Positions 1 to 10,509 of a stretch of DNA of 35,722 bases are shown here, piece after piece. The notes under the pieces are model-generated. The model made no database searches. It was not told where the DNA came from and was given only the letters and a program-made list of their open reading frames with translations. The DNA is taken from the NCBI GenBank assembly GCA_963827235.1, contig CAWHAE010000003.1, positions 1 to 35,722 of the forward strand, read 5' to 3'. Positions within the stretch are counted from its first letter, which is position 1. The number at the start of each line of letters is the position of its first letter. The translations under genes and the position numbers were made by a program. Origin of the DNA: an uncultured bacterium (lineage in GTDB: Bacteria > Chloroflexota > UBA5177 > JANWHV01).

Positions 1-663
1 GTCAGCGTGCTCTGCCGGCGCAGTTCGACCTCAGCTTCCTCGATCAGGGAGTTCAGCGTCGCCTGCAGCGCCCGGCACCCTGGTTCCTCAACGCGCAGCC
101 GCTCACCTGCTGAGACGGGCAGCTGATCCCACCAGGCACGGTTCGCCTGGCTGAACACGTCACCCTCGGGCGGCACGATTCGGTGCCGCAGCAAGACCGC
201 CTGCAGCCGGTTCCCCGCCTGCACGCGCTGAGCTACCAGCCGGCGCCGGTGCATGGCCAGGCCGCGCAGTTCCCGTACGGCCACGGGCGGCACCCATACC
301 GCTGGGACCACCTGCGCCGCGAGCAAGCGTGCCAGAGTGATCGCGTCACGCGCGTCCGTCTTGACGCGCGCCTGACTGATCAGTTCGATCGCTGCGGCAT
401 TGGCCACCGTCACCGTCCCAACGTGGGGAGCCAGCAGATCATAGAGATGCCACGCGTTTGACGTGGCCTCGAGGACGACCGCCGCATCCTGCGCGGTCAG
501 GTGCCCGGTGACCCAGGCCGCAAAGTCCACGATCGCGACGCGACGCGGCTGCAGGACCACCGTTTGCCGCCTGTCGACCGCAACAACCACGAGATAGTGC
601 TTGTGGACGTCGATGCCGACATAGCGCGACTGGCTCCTCTGCCTGTGGACCTGCATCGGACAT
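1..663 (-). CDS. IS110-family DEDD transposase/recombinase, N-terminal part (runs off window start)
   Basis: Manual translation from ATG 656: MQVHRQRSQSRYVGIDVHKHYLVVVAVD...VVLEATSNAW...RVKTDARDAITLARLL, with the GIDxxK, LEAT and KTDxxDA motifs of the IS110 RuvC-like domain. The RBS (AAAGGAG) precedes ATG 663, which is out of frame, so a 1-nt indel near the start is possible. Absent from the ORF track because its stop lies outside the window. Confidence 0.9.
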
Positions 664-945
664 CGTGCGCTCCTTTCTTCCCCCAGGGGAGGACGCGTTG
701 AGCCCACGGGCGCGCTGGTTTCGGGCAACACAGTGTTCCAGACAGGGTTACGAGCTTGGTGGCGGCGCCACCATCTCAGTTAAGGGGATCCGAACGGGTG
801 ACCAAACAACGAAACGGGCTCTAACGGCACCATATCACCCCTCGGCCAGCCCTGCACTGTGCACCCTCGCCAGCGCTCCCGTCAGCTCAACAGGGGCGAG
901 GGTACCAAACGAACGCTGCACCCCGCCTCGCACCACATCCTAACA
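664..945 (-). ncRNA. IS110 non-coding end, candidate bridge/seek RNA
   Basis: ~280 nt with no credible ORF upstream of the IS110 gene. Nested inverted repeats: 861-871/895-905, 757-763/767-773, 700-705/816-821 and 718-723/810-815. IS110 elements are known to encode bridge RNAs in their non-coding ends. Boundaries are approximate. Confidence 0.6.
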
Positions 946-1209
946 ACGATTCCTGCAAATTGGGGCCAGTTGACCATATCGAAGGCCGAGGGTCACCGCC
1001 GGCTCGTTGAGAAGATCGGCTGGTGGGTTAGGTTCAGCGGCGCTAGGCTGAGAGGACGTAGGTATCCGTACACGCGCTGCTCTCTTCGAAGTTCCGCTAC
1101 GCTCTACAGCTCGCAAACCCACCGAGGCGACCGCCAGTGCGGTTGATGTCTTCTGCGCCCAGTTCGACCAACACGGCCACCGCCGCTACTAACCAGGAGG
1201 CCAGCGACG

Positions 1210-1863
1210 ATGTCGTCCATCAAGGGAGAGCTCGTCACCGAGACGTTCGCGTACGATGGTGGTCGTCAAGTCACGGTCTATATCCCACCTGATCCGCCCG
1301 AGGCAGTCGTGTTCGCCGGTGACGGCCAGTTGATCGCGCCATGGGGCGGAGCCCTCGAGGCGGCCGACGCACCGCCCACGATGATCGTCGGTGCACACCG
1401 GCTGGACGATGAGACGCTGCGGCTCCATGAGTACTCACCGGCGTTTGACCCGGTGCGGTTCGCAGCACACGAGCAGTTCTTTGTCGAGGACCTGCGCCGA
1501 TGGGTGGGGTCGCGTTTCGCAGTGGCGCTGCCCACCGAGCGCACCGCGGTGTTCGGTGTCTCGGCGAGTGGCGAGCTCGCGCTCGCCCTTGGCCTTCGCC
1601 ATCCGGACGTCTACGGTGCAATCTTCTGCGCCTCGCCAGGCGGGGGATACCGCCCGCCAGCGGCTCTGCCGCGATCGGTGCCGCGCGCGTATCTGGTCGC
1701 CGGCACCCTGGAGCCGTTCTTCCTCAAGAACGCGACGCGCTGGGCGAGAGCGCTGCGCGATGCACATGCGGACGTCGTCATGACCCAGAGGGTCGGATCG
1801 CACGGCGACGCATTCTGGCGAGAAGAGTTTCCGCTTATGGTGGCGTGGGCGTTTGGACGATGA
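1210..1863 (+). CDS. Alpha/beta-hydrolase (putative esterase family)
   Basis: AGGAGG RBS; nucleophile elbow G-V-S-A-S-G; C-terminal GSHGDAFW catalytic-His motif. Confidence 0.85.
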   Translation: MSSIKGELVTETFAYDGGRQVTVYIPPDPPEAVVFAGDGQLIAPWGGALEAADAPPTMIVGAHRLDDETLRLHEYSPAFDPVRFAAHEQFFVEDLRRWVGSRFAVALPTERTAVFGVSASGELALALGLRHPDVYGAIFCASPGGGYRPPAALPRSVPRAYLVAGTLEPFFLKNATRWARALRDAHADVVMTQRVGSHGDAFWREEFPLMVAWAFGR

Positions 1864-2355
1864 CGCAGCGCCACGTTTAGCTGGCCAGAACCCGCGTATA
1901 TCCTGCAACCTATCCAGTCGACAAGTCGACAAGTCGGCAAGAGCGCGGCACTATCGTGGTTCGAGGTAGCCGGCCAGTGCCGAGGCCTCGCGATCTACGG
2001 CAGGATTATGCCCGGTAGTCGTCCTGTGTGAGCGAATGGCCGCAAGTCCAAGCTAATATAGCCACCCACTTTCCGTTCAGCACCGCGCGTGCGGGGCGCC
2101 TTCCCTCACCAGCTGCGGTCCGAGCTATCCAGCGTCCGCACGTCCGCTTGCGATCAGATGGTGGTAGGGCGATGGCCATGAGCTCGCCGGCAAGAAGCGC
2201 GTTCATCAGTCTGCTTGGGACTGGCCACATGAGACACGATGTTGCTGGCGAATTCGGACAAGAGCGAGTGACGTGGGAGAGGATGGCTCACTACGCAGTC
2301 GGCACATAGTATAGAGGGATGTCGCACGCCATCCTACAGCCCCCCGGAGCCTCCC

Positions 2356-4002
2356 ATGTCGCTACGACCTGCTGCTGACCAGCTGATCCCAGAGGATACC
2401 GTTCGCATTGCCCAGGCTGCCTTTCCGAAGGGGAGTGTGTACATGCGCATGCGCGATGCGCTGGGCCCCATCTACACCGACAGTGCGTTCGCGCCGCTCT
2501 TCCCGCCCGCGGGGTCAGCCGGCCGAGTCGCCTGCCCGTTTGGCGCTGGTCACCGTCATGCAGTTTGCGGAAGGTCTCACCGATCGGCAGGCGGCGGATG
2601 CAGTCCGCAGTCGGATTGACTGGAAGTACGCGCTCGGGCTGGAGCTGGCCGATGGCGGCTTTGATGCCTCGATTCTGAGCGAGTTCCGCACGCGGCTGCT
2701 GACCGGCGATCCAGCCGAGGTGCTCTTTGAGCGGATGCTGCAGGTGTTGCGTGCCAACGGCTTCCTGAAAGAGCGCAGTCGCGCGCGCACCGACTCCACC
2801 CACGTTCTGGCGGCCATTCACACCCTCAGCCGTCTGGAGTGCGTAGGCGAGACGCTGCGACACGCCCTCGATGCGCTGGCAAGCGTGGCACCGGACTGGG
2901 TGCAGCAGTGGGTGCCAGACGCCTGGTACGGCCGCTACGGCCGGCGTTTCGACAACTATCGCCTACCTTCACCCAAGGCAGAGCGCGTTGCCTTGGCTGA
3001 GCAGATCGGCGCTGATGGGAGTGCCCTGCTGAGTGCGCTGCATGAGCCTACAGCACCGGACTGGCTGTGGCGTGTGCCCGCCGTGGAGACACTGCGCCGG
3101 GTGTGGCTGCAACAATTCGTTGTGCGCGAGGGGCAGCTGCGGTGGCGGACGTCAGAGGAGTTGCCGCCCAGTGCGCTGGTGATCCGCTCGCCCTATGACG
3201 TGGACGCCCGCTACAGCCAGAAGCGGCAGACCACATGGACCGGGTATCGGGCGCACTTGACCGAGACCTGTGATCCGGACCTCCCGTCGCTGATCACGAA
3301 CGTGGAGACCACGGACGCGACGGTCACCGACTACGAGATGACGCCGGTGATCCATCAGCACCTCGCCCAGCACGACCGACTACCTGGTGAGCATCTGGTG
3401 GATAGCGGCTACATGACTGCCGGTCACCTGGTGAGCAGCAGGGAGCAGGGCATCGACCTGGTGGGGCCGGTGGCCGATGACCCAAGCTGGCAGGCGCAGG
3501 CCGGGGAAGGCTTTGCGAGCACGGCGTTCGTGATCGACTGGCAGGCCCAGCAAGCACGCTGTCCGCAGGGCCACCTCAGCCAGAATTGGCAAGTGAAGAA
3601 CGAACAGCATGGTCCCGTGGTGCACTTCCGGTTTTCCCGGACGGCGTGTGCCGCCTGCCCAGTTCAGGTCAAATGCACGCGCGCGAAGACCACCCCGCGT
3701 GCGGTGACCGTGCACCTGCAACCGGCCTTTGAGGCGTTGCAGGCGGCACGGCAGCGCCAGAAGTCAGAGGAGTTCTGGCACCAGTACGCCCGCCGGGCCG
3801 GCGTGGAAGGGCTGATGGCGCAAAGCAACGCCGCGCGGACCTGCGTCACGCCAGGTATATCGGGCTGGCCAAGACCCACCTGCAGCATCTGTGTACTGCC
3901 CTCGGGCTGTACATCCTGCGCTTGGGTGCATGGCTGGCGGAGGCCAAACCGCACACCACCCGCCCGTCACCCTTTGCGGCGCTAGCGCCATCCATTGTGT
4001 GA
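2356..4002 (+). CDS. IS1182-family transposase (two apparent frameshifts)
   Basis: MSLRP..IPEDTVRIAQAAFPKGSVYMRMRDALG, then PARLALVTVMQFAEGLTDRQAADAVRSRIDWKYAL, RTDSTH, HLVDSGY, RRAGVEG. The C-terminus RYIGLAKTHLQHL...PFAALAPSIV* is in another frame and ends at 4002. Frameshifts near 2500 and 3830. Confidence 0.88.
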
Positions 4003-4100
4003 CGGAGCGAGTCGCACGAGATCAGGCGCAGGCTTGAGCACCGGGTGAGATCAGGTGTGCTCTCTGGCGGCCGTAGGCAACGGGCGTTGCACCTGGCTGG

Positions 4101-4823
4101 TCAACCGCCAGCTTCCGCCATCCATACCTCCATCTCCTCCTGGGTCGCGCCGCGCCAGACCCCTGATTGCTCGTCTTGGACAAGTGTCGGTTGATAGAGA
4201 CTGCCCCTAATCCAGAGGTCGAGCCACTCGGTGAAGTCGAGCCCGCTGGGAAACAGGGCCCTCTCATCTGTCGGACCCGGATTCGGATCCCAGCCCCACA
4301 TCGGGCCGTCATCCGCAGAACAGTCAATAAACGAGTAGATCGCGCAGCCCCAATGGCGGATCGGGAGCAGGCTCGGGCTGAGCAAGGCCCACCCGCCTTC
4401 GGGAATATCGCGAGCCAATCGCCAAAGATCAATGGCGTTGTGGCCCTGGTCATCTCTGTGTCCATCCCGAACCCCGAGCACTCCGTAGCCCGGACCAAAC
4501 CCGCCATTGCCAACCTCAAGGAAGAGCCGTCGGAGAAGATGGGGAAGCGGGAAGCCGACGAAAGCCTCTCCCTCAGCAACTGCTTCTGGGCGAGCGACGA
4601 TCAAGGGTGGCAAGCACTCGATAACACCAGCCCGAACCGCCTCGAGGTGATCTGCTGATCCTCTCGTGTACATGCGCTGTCGCGAGCCGTTCTTCAAGAC
4701 CCTGAAACAGGTACCACCTTCGAGCGCTGCGTCGGGCATACCAAAAAGCTCGTCCCGATACTCGCCCCGAGCAACCATCGTTGCCACGGCGTGAAAAACC
4801 GCATCTTCGCTCTCCAAAGTCAT
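4101..4823 (-). CDS. SMI1/KNR4 (SUKH superfamily) protein
   Basis: EAVAEGEAFVGFPLPHLLRRLFLEVGNGGFG...LLPIRHWGCAIYSFIDCS...DFTEWLDLW matches the SMI1/KNR4 pattern. Confidence 0.75.
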   Translation of the reverse strand: MTLESEDAVFHAVATMVARGEYRDELFGMPDAALEGGTCFRVLKNGSRQRMYTRGSADHLEAVRAGVIECLPPLIVARPEAVAEGEAFVGFPLPHLLRRLFLEVGNGGFGPGYGVLGVRDGHRDDQGHNAIDLWRLARDIPEGGWALLSPSLLPIRHWGCAIYSFIDCSADDGPMWGWDPNPGPTDERALFPSGLDFTEWLDLWIRGSLYQPTLVQDEQSGVWRGATQEEMEVWMAEAGG

Positions 4824-4943
4824 GGCTGAAGTATCGCAGGAGTGCGGGTGGGTCGTCTATCGGTATCTCGCCTTCGGGTGCCAACGCGCGGCCAAAGAGC
4901 GGCATCGTTTCCCGTAGAGATTCGCCAGCAACATCATGAGACT

Positions 4944-6080
4944 GGCTCTTCCGCATCAAGCGTGATCTTCGGGGCGAGCGGGCTGGCACAGGGTACACTG
5001 TGAGAACGAATTGCTCCTCACCATGTGCTAGAAGCCTGCCATCGTCCGTGTCCAACCCTGTACTTCCGTTCACCCTGCCCGGCAGCGTCGTAGACAATGT
5101 CTGTTCTACTGACACCGCCGTGTTCGTACTGGCGCTCACGATCGCGCCCGGCCAACCCTGTCCGGATTGCGGCCAGCATTCGACTCGCGCCCGCAGCCGC
5201 TGTCTGCGTCGCCTGCGCGACCTGCCGGCTGCGGATCGCACCCTGCAGCTCTCGCTGACGGTGCGCCGCTTCTTCTGCCTGAACCCATCTTGTTCCAGAC
5301 GTACGTTCGCCGAGCGTCTGCCCGGTCTGGCCCCGCTGCGAGCCCGGCGTACGCCGCGCTTAACCGCGTCCTTGCGCGCCATTGGCTTCGCCTGTGGCGC
5401 GGAGGCCGGCGCGCGCCTTGCCAGATGCCTACGTATGCCTACGAGCGGCGACACGCTCCTGCGCATACTCCGCGCCACGCCACCGCAGGTCTCGCCGCCA
5501 CCACACGTGATCGGCATTGACGATTTCGCCCTGCGCAAGGGCCGCGTCTATGGCACGATCGTGGTGGACCTCGAACGTCGGCGCCCTATCGACCTGCTCC
5601 CTGAGCGGACAGCGGCAGCTATCGCGGCACGGCTGCAGAGTGAGTCGCAGATCGCGGTCGTGGCACGCGATCGCGCGCAGGACTATGCGCGCGGCGTGAG
5701 TGACGGCGCACCGCAAGCACAGCAGGTGATCGACCGTTTCCATCTCCTCCTCAACCTGCGCCAGGTCGTCGAGCGCTTCGTGCATCGGATTCGACCGGAT
5801 CTGCGCCAACTGCTGGCCCAGGCTGATGCTAGAACACCGTCTACGCCGGCGTCGCTTGATTACCCACCCGCCCCACGCTACGATCCAGGCCCGACGCGAC
5901 TGCAGGTCCAAGCGGCGAAGCACGCCGAGCGCGAGCAACGCTTCTGTGCCCTCAAGGAGGCTCAAGAACGTGGGCTGAACCAGCCTCAGATCATGCGCCT
6001 GACCGGCCTCTCTCGCCCTACCGTGCGGCGATGGATGGCCGCCGACGTCCTACCACCCGAGCGGCGTGGCTACCGGCGCG
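4944..6080 (+). mobile_element. Truncated ISL3-family element (left end plus 5' part of transposase)
   Basis: Starts with GGCTCTTCCGCA, an ISL3-type left IR. ORF from 5000 has the CPDCG...RRFFCLNPSC zinc finger, VIGIDDFA, RDRA and IDRFHL. After ERRGYRR the sequence stops resembling a transposase, and I found no right IR. Confidence 0.85.
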
Positions 6081-6404
6081 ACGGGCATGGGCCAGATCAC
6101 AGAAGGCGCCTTCGTGATCAGCAACCTCGCCAGCAACGAGGCGGGTGCCGGCTGCAACACCGAGATGCGGCAGACGACCCTCACGGCTACGAACCACGAC
6201 AGACTGGTGCTGGACGCCACCGGCATCAGTTGCACGACGAGCAAGACGGCCGTCACCGCGGTGGATGCCTACCAGGTGGTGGGAGGGACCGGGCGGTACA
6301 GCGGCGCACGCGGCTTCGGCACTGACACCGCGAGCGTCATTATTGGCAAGACGGCTGCCTTCACGCTTACCGGTATCCTGTCCACCTCCGGCTCGCTGAT
6401 GTAA
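6080..6404 (+). pseudogene. 3' remnant of a small beta-rich secreted-type protein (GGTGRY.GA.G motif)
   Basis: VVGGTGRYSGARGFG motif recalls dirigent/allene-oxide-cyclase-like hypothetical proteins. The 5' end is replaced by ISL3 sequence. Confidence 0.5.
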
Positions 6405-6446
6405 GTCCGCCCGATGCGTGCCCGGTAGCTGGAGCCTCCCTCGCCG

Positions 6447-6689
6447 GTGAGAGGCGCAATGGGCAAGGCAGACCGCACAGATGGCAAAGGAGCGTCACCG
6501 TTGGGGACCGGGCAGCCACTGGCCGTCGCGGAGCTGGCACGGCGCGCGCAGGCCGCCCTAACGCAGGAGCAGCTCGCGTTGGCCGAGGAGCTGCTTCTAC
6601 GCCTGCTCGCTCACGCACCAAACGAGCCCGGCTGCGCCGCACAGCTCGCCGCGCTGTATGCACGGCGCGGCCGTCATGGCCGCCCATGA
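6447..6689 (+). pseudogene. Short TPR-like fragment
   Basis: AQAALTQEQLALAEELLLRLLAHAPNEPGCAAQLAALYARRG resembles one to two TPR motifs. Confidence 0.35.
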
Positions 6690-6829
6690 GCACCTAAGTG
6701 AAGTACCCGGCGGGGCACCACGGTAGGGTTCGCACACTGAGCTGAACTGGCCATGAAGGTCGCGATCGAGCCCTGCCCCAAGGAGAGGCTGGGTGGCGGC
6801 CTGCCGACGGACTGGAGGGAAGTGACTCG

Positions 6830-7310
6830 ATGAGATGGTATATGAGTGTCCCTGTAGCGGCCGCTCTGCTGGCCGGCACCGGCACGTGCCTAGGCCTGGG
6901 CACGCCAGCCCGAGTGGCGCCGGTCTATACGGTCGGGCATGTGCTGGCTGGACTGGCCCGGGACCCGGAAGCCTGGACGGATCGCACCTTCCTCCTCCGC
7001 GGCACCGGCGGAACCATCCTCGCCAGCACGGACGACGGCACCAGCTGGAGCAGCCGCACGTCCGGCACGAACGACAACCTGTGGGGCGTGGGCGTGGCCT
7101 GCCCGGGCACGAGCGCATGCTTTGCCGTGGGCAGTGCTGGGACGGATAGCGCGCGGCCGTCGGCGACCAAGCACGGTGCTGACTAACGCAGACAGACGCT
7201 GGAGTCACATGGACAAGGGCGGTCGTCGCGGGTGGCAGCGCCACGATACAGCTGCTGGGCGTCACCTGTGCCGGCGCGCACAGCTGCAAGACCGTGGGCC
7301 GGAGAGGCGG
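6830..7310 (+). pseudogene. Degenerate fragment of a Cys-containing BNR/YCF48-like propeller protein
   Basis: GTILASTDDGTSWSSRTSGTNDNLWGVGVACPGTSACFAVG, then AGVTW...LLGVTCAGAHSCKTVG in a shifted frame; same repeat type as 7500-9632. Confidence 0.6.
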
Positions 7311-7499
7311 AGATCCTGCGTCTCTGTTGAACGGCGGCTCGACGTCTGCGTGGCCCCGGGTCAACGCCTGGCTCGGATTTCGCTGGGTAGGGCCCCGGCA
7401 CTCCGGGCAGGGTGGGCCTTGCCACCCGCAGCCACTGAGCGAACGCGTGTCCGGACGGCCGGGTGATACGTCAAAGCGGCTTGACCCGCAGGCCCGGAC

Positions 7500-9632
7500 T
7501 CAGGACGTTCGGCTCATCGCGCCTGCCAGGATGGTGCCGTCCGAGCCGACCGCCAGGCACTGCGTGCTGGATGGACATGCGATCGCATGCAGGTTCGCGC
7601 TGACGCCGGTAGCACTGCTGGCCCAGGTGTTGCCGCCATCCGCGCTCGCCAAGACCGTGCCGCCATCGCTCACGGCCAGGCAGACGTTGCTCGAGGCGCA
7701 GGCGATGCCGTAGAGGAACTTGTCGACGCCGGAATCACGGGCGGCCCAGGTGCTGCCCGTGTCCGCGCTGGCGAGAATGGTGGCCTGGCCACCCGCCGAC
7801 TGGCCTACGGCCAGGCATGCAGTACTGCTTGGACAGGAAACGCCAAACAGTCTGGCGCTGGTAGCGTAAGCGTGATTGGACCAGCTCATCCCGCCGTCTC
7901 CGCTGACCAGGATAGTGCCCAGCTGCCCAACTGCCAGACAGGTGCTACTGGTCGGGCAGGCGATGCCTTGCAGCTCGGCGTCTGTGCCTGACCGCTGGCT
8001 GCTCCAGGTGTCACCCCCGTCTGTGCTGGCAATAACCGTGCCGCCGTTACCGACCGCAAAGCACCTGCTGCTTGTGGGACAGGCGATGGCGTTGAGCACG
8101 CTTTCGGTGCCGGGGCTCAGGCTACTCCAGTCAGCACCCCCGTCGGTGCTGGCCAGCATGCCGCCAATACCGGCGACCAGGCAGTGGCTGCTCGACGAGC
8201 AGGCCGCACCGAGCCACTGGTCGTCCGTGGTGCCAGCACTGGGCGCGCCGCTTTTCCATGTGTTTCCTCCATCCGTGCTGACAAGGATCGTGCCGCCGTC
8301 TCCCACGGCCAGGCACTCCGCACTGGTCAGGCAGGCAATGCCGTAGAGCCAGTTCATAGTGGGAGAAGGACGGCGGGTCCACGTCACGCTGACGGTCGGG
8401 GTTGTGCTCTGCCCAGGCGTGCCGGTCGCGGTGCCCGGGCCGGGTGTGCCGGCCGCCTGCGGCGCACCGGCCGCAGTGCCGGCCCGAATTGTGCCAGCGT
8501 TGCCCACGGCCAGGCACAGGCTGGTGCTGGGGCAGGCGATGCCGAACAGGCCGTACGTGGTGGCCGCGTTCACGCGCTGCCAGCTCGCGCCGCGATCGTC
8601 GCTCACGAGCAGGACACCGGGATAGGCATAGGCTACATGGCAGACAATGCCGCGGCTGATCGCATCGTAGTAACAGTCCGGCGAGCTGTTGTTCCAGCCG
8701 ACAGCCACGCAGGTACTGCCGCTTGGGCAGGTGATGCCGGCCAGGGCCGTGGCCCCGACGCCGTGCGGCAGGTGGCGGGTGGTCCAGCTGGCACCGCCGT
8801 CCTCGCTAGCCAGAATGGTGGAAAGACGGCCCACGGCGAGGCAGGCCTTACCCGCCGGGCAATCGACGCCATACAGGGCGACCCCGGTACCCGAGGCACG
8901 ATGGTGCCAGGTAGCACCGCCGTCCGCGCTGGCCAGCATCGTTCCCTTGTCGCCCACCGCCAGGCAGGCAGTGCTGGTCGAGCAGGTGACGCCGTACAGG
9001 GTGCTGCTCGTCCCTGAGGCACGGAGGTGCCAGGTGGTACCTCCATTTGCGCTGGCCAGCAGCGTGCCCTTGTCGCCCACGGCCAGGCAACTACTTCCGC
9101 TGGCGCACGTGACGGCATCCAGGTTGACACTCGTGTCCGAGGCGCGACGGTGCCAGGTAGCACCGCCGTCCGTACTGGCCAACATCGTGCCCTTGTCGCC
9201 GACTGCCAGGCACGACGTGCCGCCGCGGCAGACGACACCGGTCAGCGTGTTCGTCGTACCCGAGGCATGGCTTTGCCACGACAGGCCGCCATCCGCGCTG
9301 GCCAGAATCGTGCCTTTGTCACCGACGGCCACGCATTCGCTGCTACTCGCACAGGCGATGCCAAGCAGACCCTGGCTCGTACCGGAAGGGCGGGAGCTCC
9401 AGGGCGCAGGCGTGGCCGCAGGTGGGTTGGGCGAGACCTCGGCTGCGCGGGGTGTCCACGCGCCCGTGAACGCGGCCGGCCAGGCCGCTGTGTTCTGGCC
9501 ATTGCCGCTCGCCAGCGCACAGCCGGGACCCGCGGGGAGAAGATACAGCAGCACTGCGCACAGGGGGAGAAGCCTGCCCGTCGTGCCGGCCCGTACCCAC
9601 GTACCGACGACGGTTGCCCGACGCTTCGGCAT
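7500..9632 (-). CDS. Secreted tandem beta-propeller protein (BNR/YCF48-like, 7+7 repeats)
   Basis: GGAGG RBS before ATG 9632; hydrophobic signal-like N-terminus; 14 repeats of ~41 aa with consensus W..SGT..L.GIAC.....CLAVG..GTILAS.DGG.., split 7+7 by a Pro/Thr/Gly linker. Confidence 0.85.
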   Translation of the reverse strand: MPKRRATVVGTWVRAGTTGRLLPLCAVLLYLLPAGPGCALASGNGQNTAAWPAAFTGAWTPRAAEVSPNPPAATPAPWSSRPSGTSQGLLGIACASSSECVAVGDKGTILASADGGLSWQSHASGTTNTLTGVVCRGGTSCLAVGDKGTMLASTDGGATWHRRASDTSVNLDAVTCASGSSCLAVGDKGTLLASANGGTTWHLRASGTSSTLYGVTCSTSTACLAVGDKGTMLASADGGATWHHRASGTGVALYGVDCPAGKACLAVGRLSTILASEDGGASWTTRHLPHGVGATALAGITCPSGSTCVAVGWNNSSPDCYYDAISRGIVCHVAYAYPGVLLVSDDRGASWQRVNAATTYGLFGIACPSTSLCLAVGNAGTIRAGTAAGAPQAAGTPGPGTATGTPGQSTTPTVSVTWTRRPSPTMNWLYGIACLTSAECLAVGDGGTILVSTDGGNTWKSGAPSAGTTDDQWLGAACSSSSHCLVAGIGGMLASTDGGADWSSLSPGTESVLNAIACPTSSRCFAVGNGGTVIASTDGGDTWSSQRSGTDAELQGIACPTSSTCLAVGQLGTILVSGDGGMSWSNHAYATSARLFGVSCPSSTACLAVGQSAGGQATILASADTGSTWAARDSGVDKFLYGIACASSNVCLAVSDGGTVLASADGGNTWASSATGVSANLHAIACPSSTQCLAVGSDGTILAGAMSRTS

Positions 9633-9859
9633 AATCGGGCCTCCTTGGATCCTTGCGCTCAGCCCGCTCTCCAGGAGCTGCCGCGGAAGACCCCGGTGTT
9701 CACCCGCAGCCCTTTGGCACCGCGCTACATGGTGGCACCGTTGAGGCTGCCGGCCAGACCCAATTGTACTCCGCCTCAGAACCGGCCGCAACGATGCGGC
9801 CAGGCGACCTCGGCAGCGGGTATTGTGCCGGCGGTGCCCGTGCCGTTCCCGGACGCGTG

Positions 9860-10030
9860 AGAGCGCGCCCGCCAGACGAAGTTCCAGCCCACCCCTTCGC
9901 GCAGCGACAGCCAGGTCAGCGCCGCGCGCAGATTGTCGTGCTCGCTCTCCAGCCGGTCGAGCTAGGAGGCCAGATCCGGACCGCGCAGCCGTGGTACTAC
10001 CGCCTCAGTCAGAGCCAGATACTGCCCCAT
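9860..10030 (-). pseudogene. Remnant of an NB-ARC/TPR (AfsR/LuxR-type) regulator
   Basis: Minus strand reads ...RLRGPDLAS*LDRLESEHDNLRAALTWL, a motif typical of these ATPase regulators, with an in-frame stop. Confidence 0.6.
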
Positions 10031-10509
10031 GTGCCGGTCCCTCGGTGCCTCACCGCCAGAATGCATGGCCAGTCCGTGTCAGCCGCGGGCGGCGTTCAGC
10101 CTGTTGCGAGGCCCTTGCGAAACCCACTGATCTCGTCTCTCTAATCCCGGTGCACGGGACGCGTGGCGGAAACGACACTTGACTCATGGGTGTACGATTG
10201 TGGATGTAGTGGATGTTATGATCTGCGGTCTTTGAGAGGGTTTAGCGCCATTAGGTCCTGACGACGTAGCGAGCGTTAGCTCCTCCTGAGCCTTACCTTC
10301 GCTTGGCCACCCCGACTGCAGAGAGCCACTGGTGAAACCGGCCACGACGAGTGTCGCGCGCCGGTTTCTTGCTGTCTGAGGCGGGCAGCGGACATTCGGA
10401 TGCCGGGACCTGCGCACTGTACATGCGCGTTCAATGCGAGAGGATCAGGTCTTTAGAGACAGCGGCCTCTGGTATGGTGGCTGCGCGGCGCGAAAGGAGA
10501 TTTGGGGCA

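Larger units (their letters stand above)
2236..4937 (+). mobile_element. IS1182-family element (2702 bp) carrying a passenger gene
   Basis: 18-bp terminal IRs ACGATGTTGCTGGCGAAT (2236-2253) and ATTCGCCAGCAACATCAT (4920-4937), one mismatch, flanked by a GAGAC direct repeat (2231-2235 and 4938-4942). Confidence 0.75.

Noticed and set aside
938-1033. Integron attC-like site (CCTAAC...GTTAGGT)
   Set aside because: Internal symmetry is poor, there is no integrase and no second attC; the left part is more simply the IS110 end.
6830-9632. Diversity-generating retroelement template/variable repeat pair
   Set aside because: There is no reverse transcriptase in the window, and the copies are diverged throughout rather than only at adenines.
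8184-9860. Long + strand ORFs opposite the propeller gene, and similar antisense ORFs such as 15999-17561, 23367-24635 and 27093-28061
   Set aside because: These are shadow ORFs expected in high-GC coding DNA; they have no recognisable motifs.
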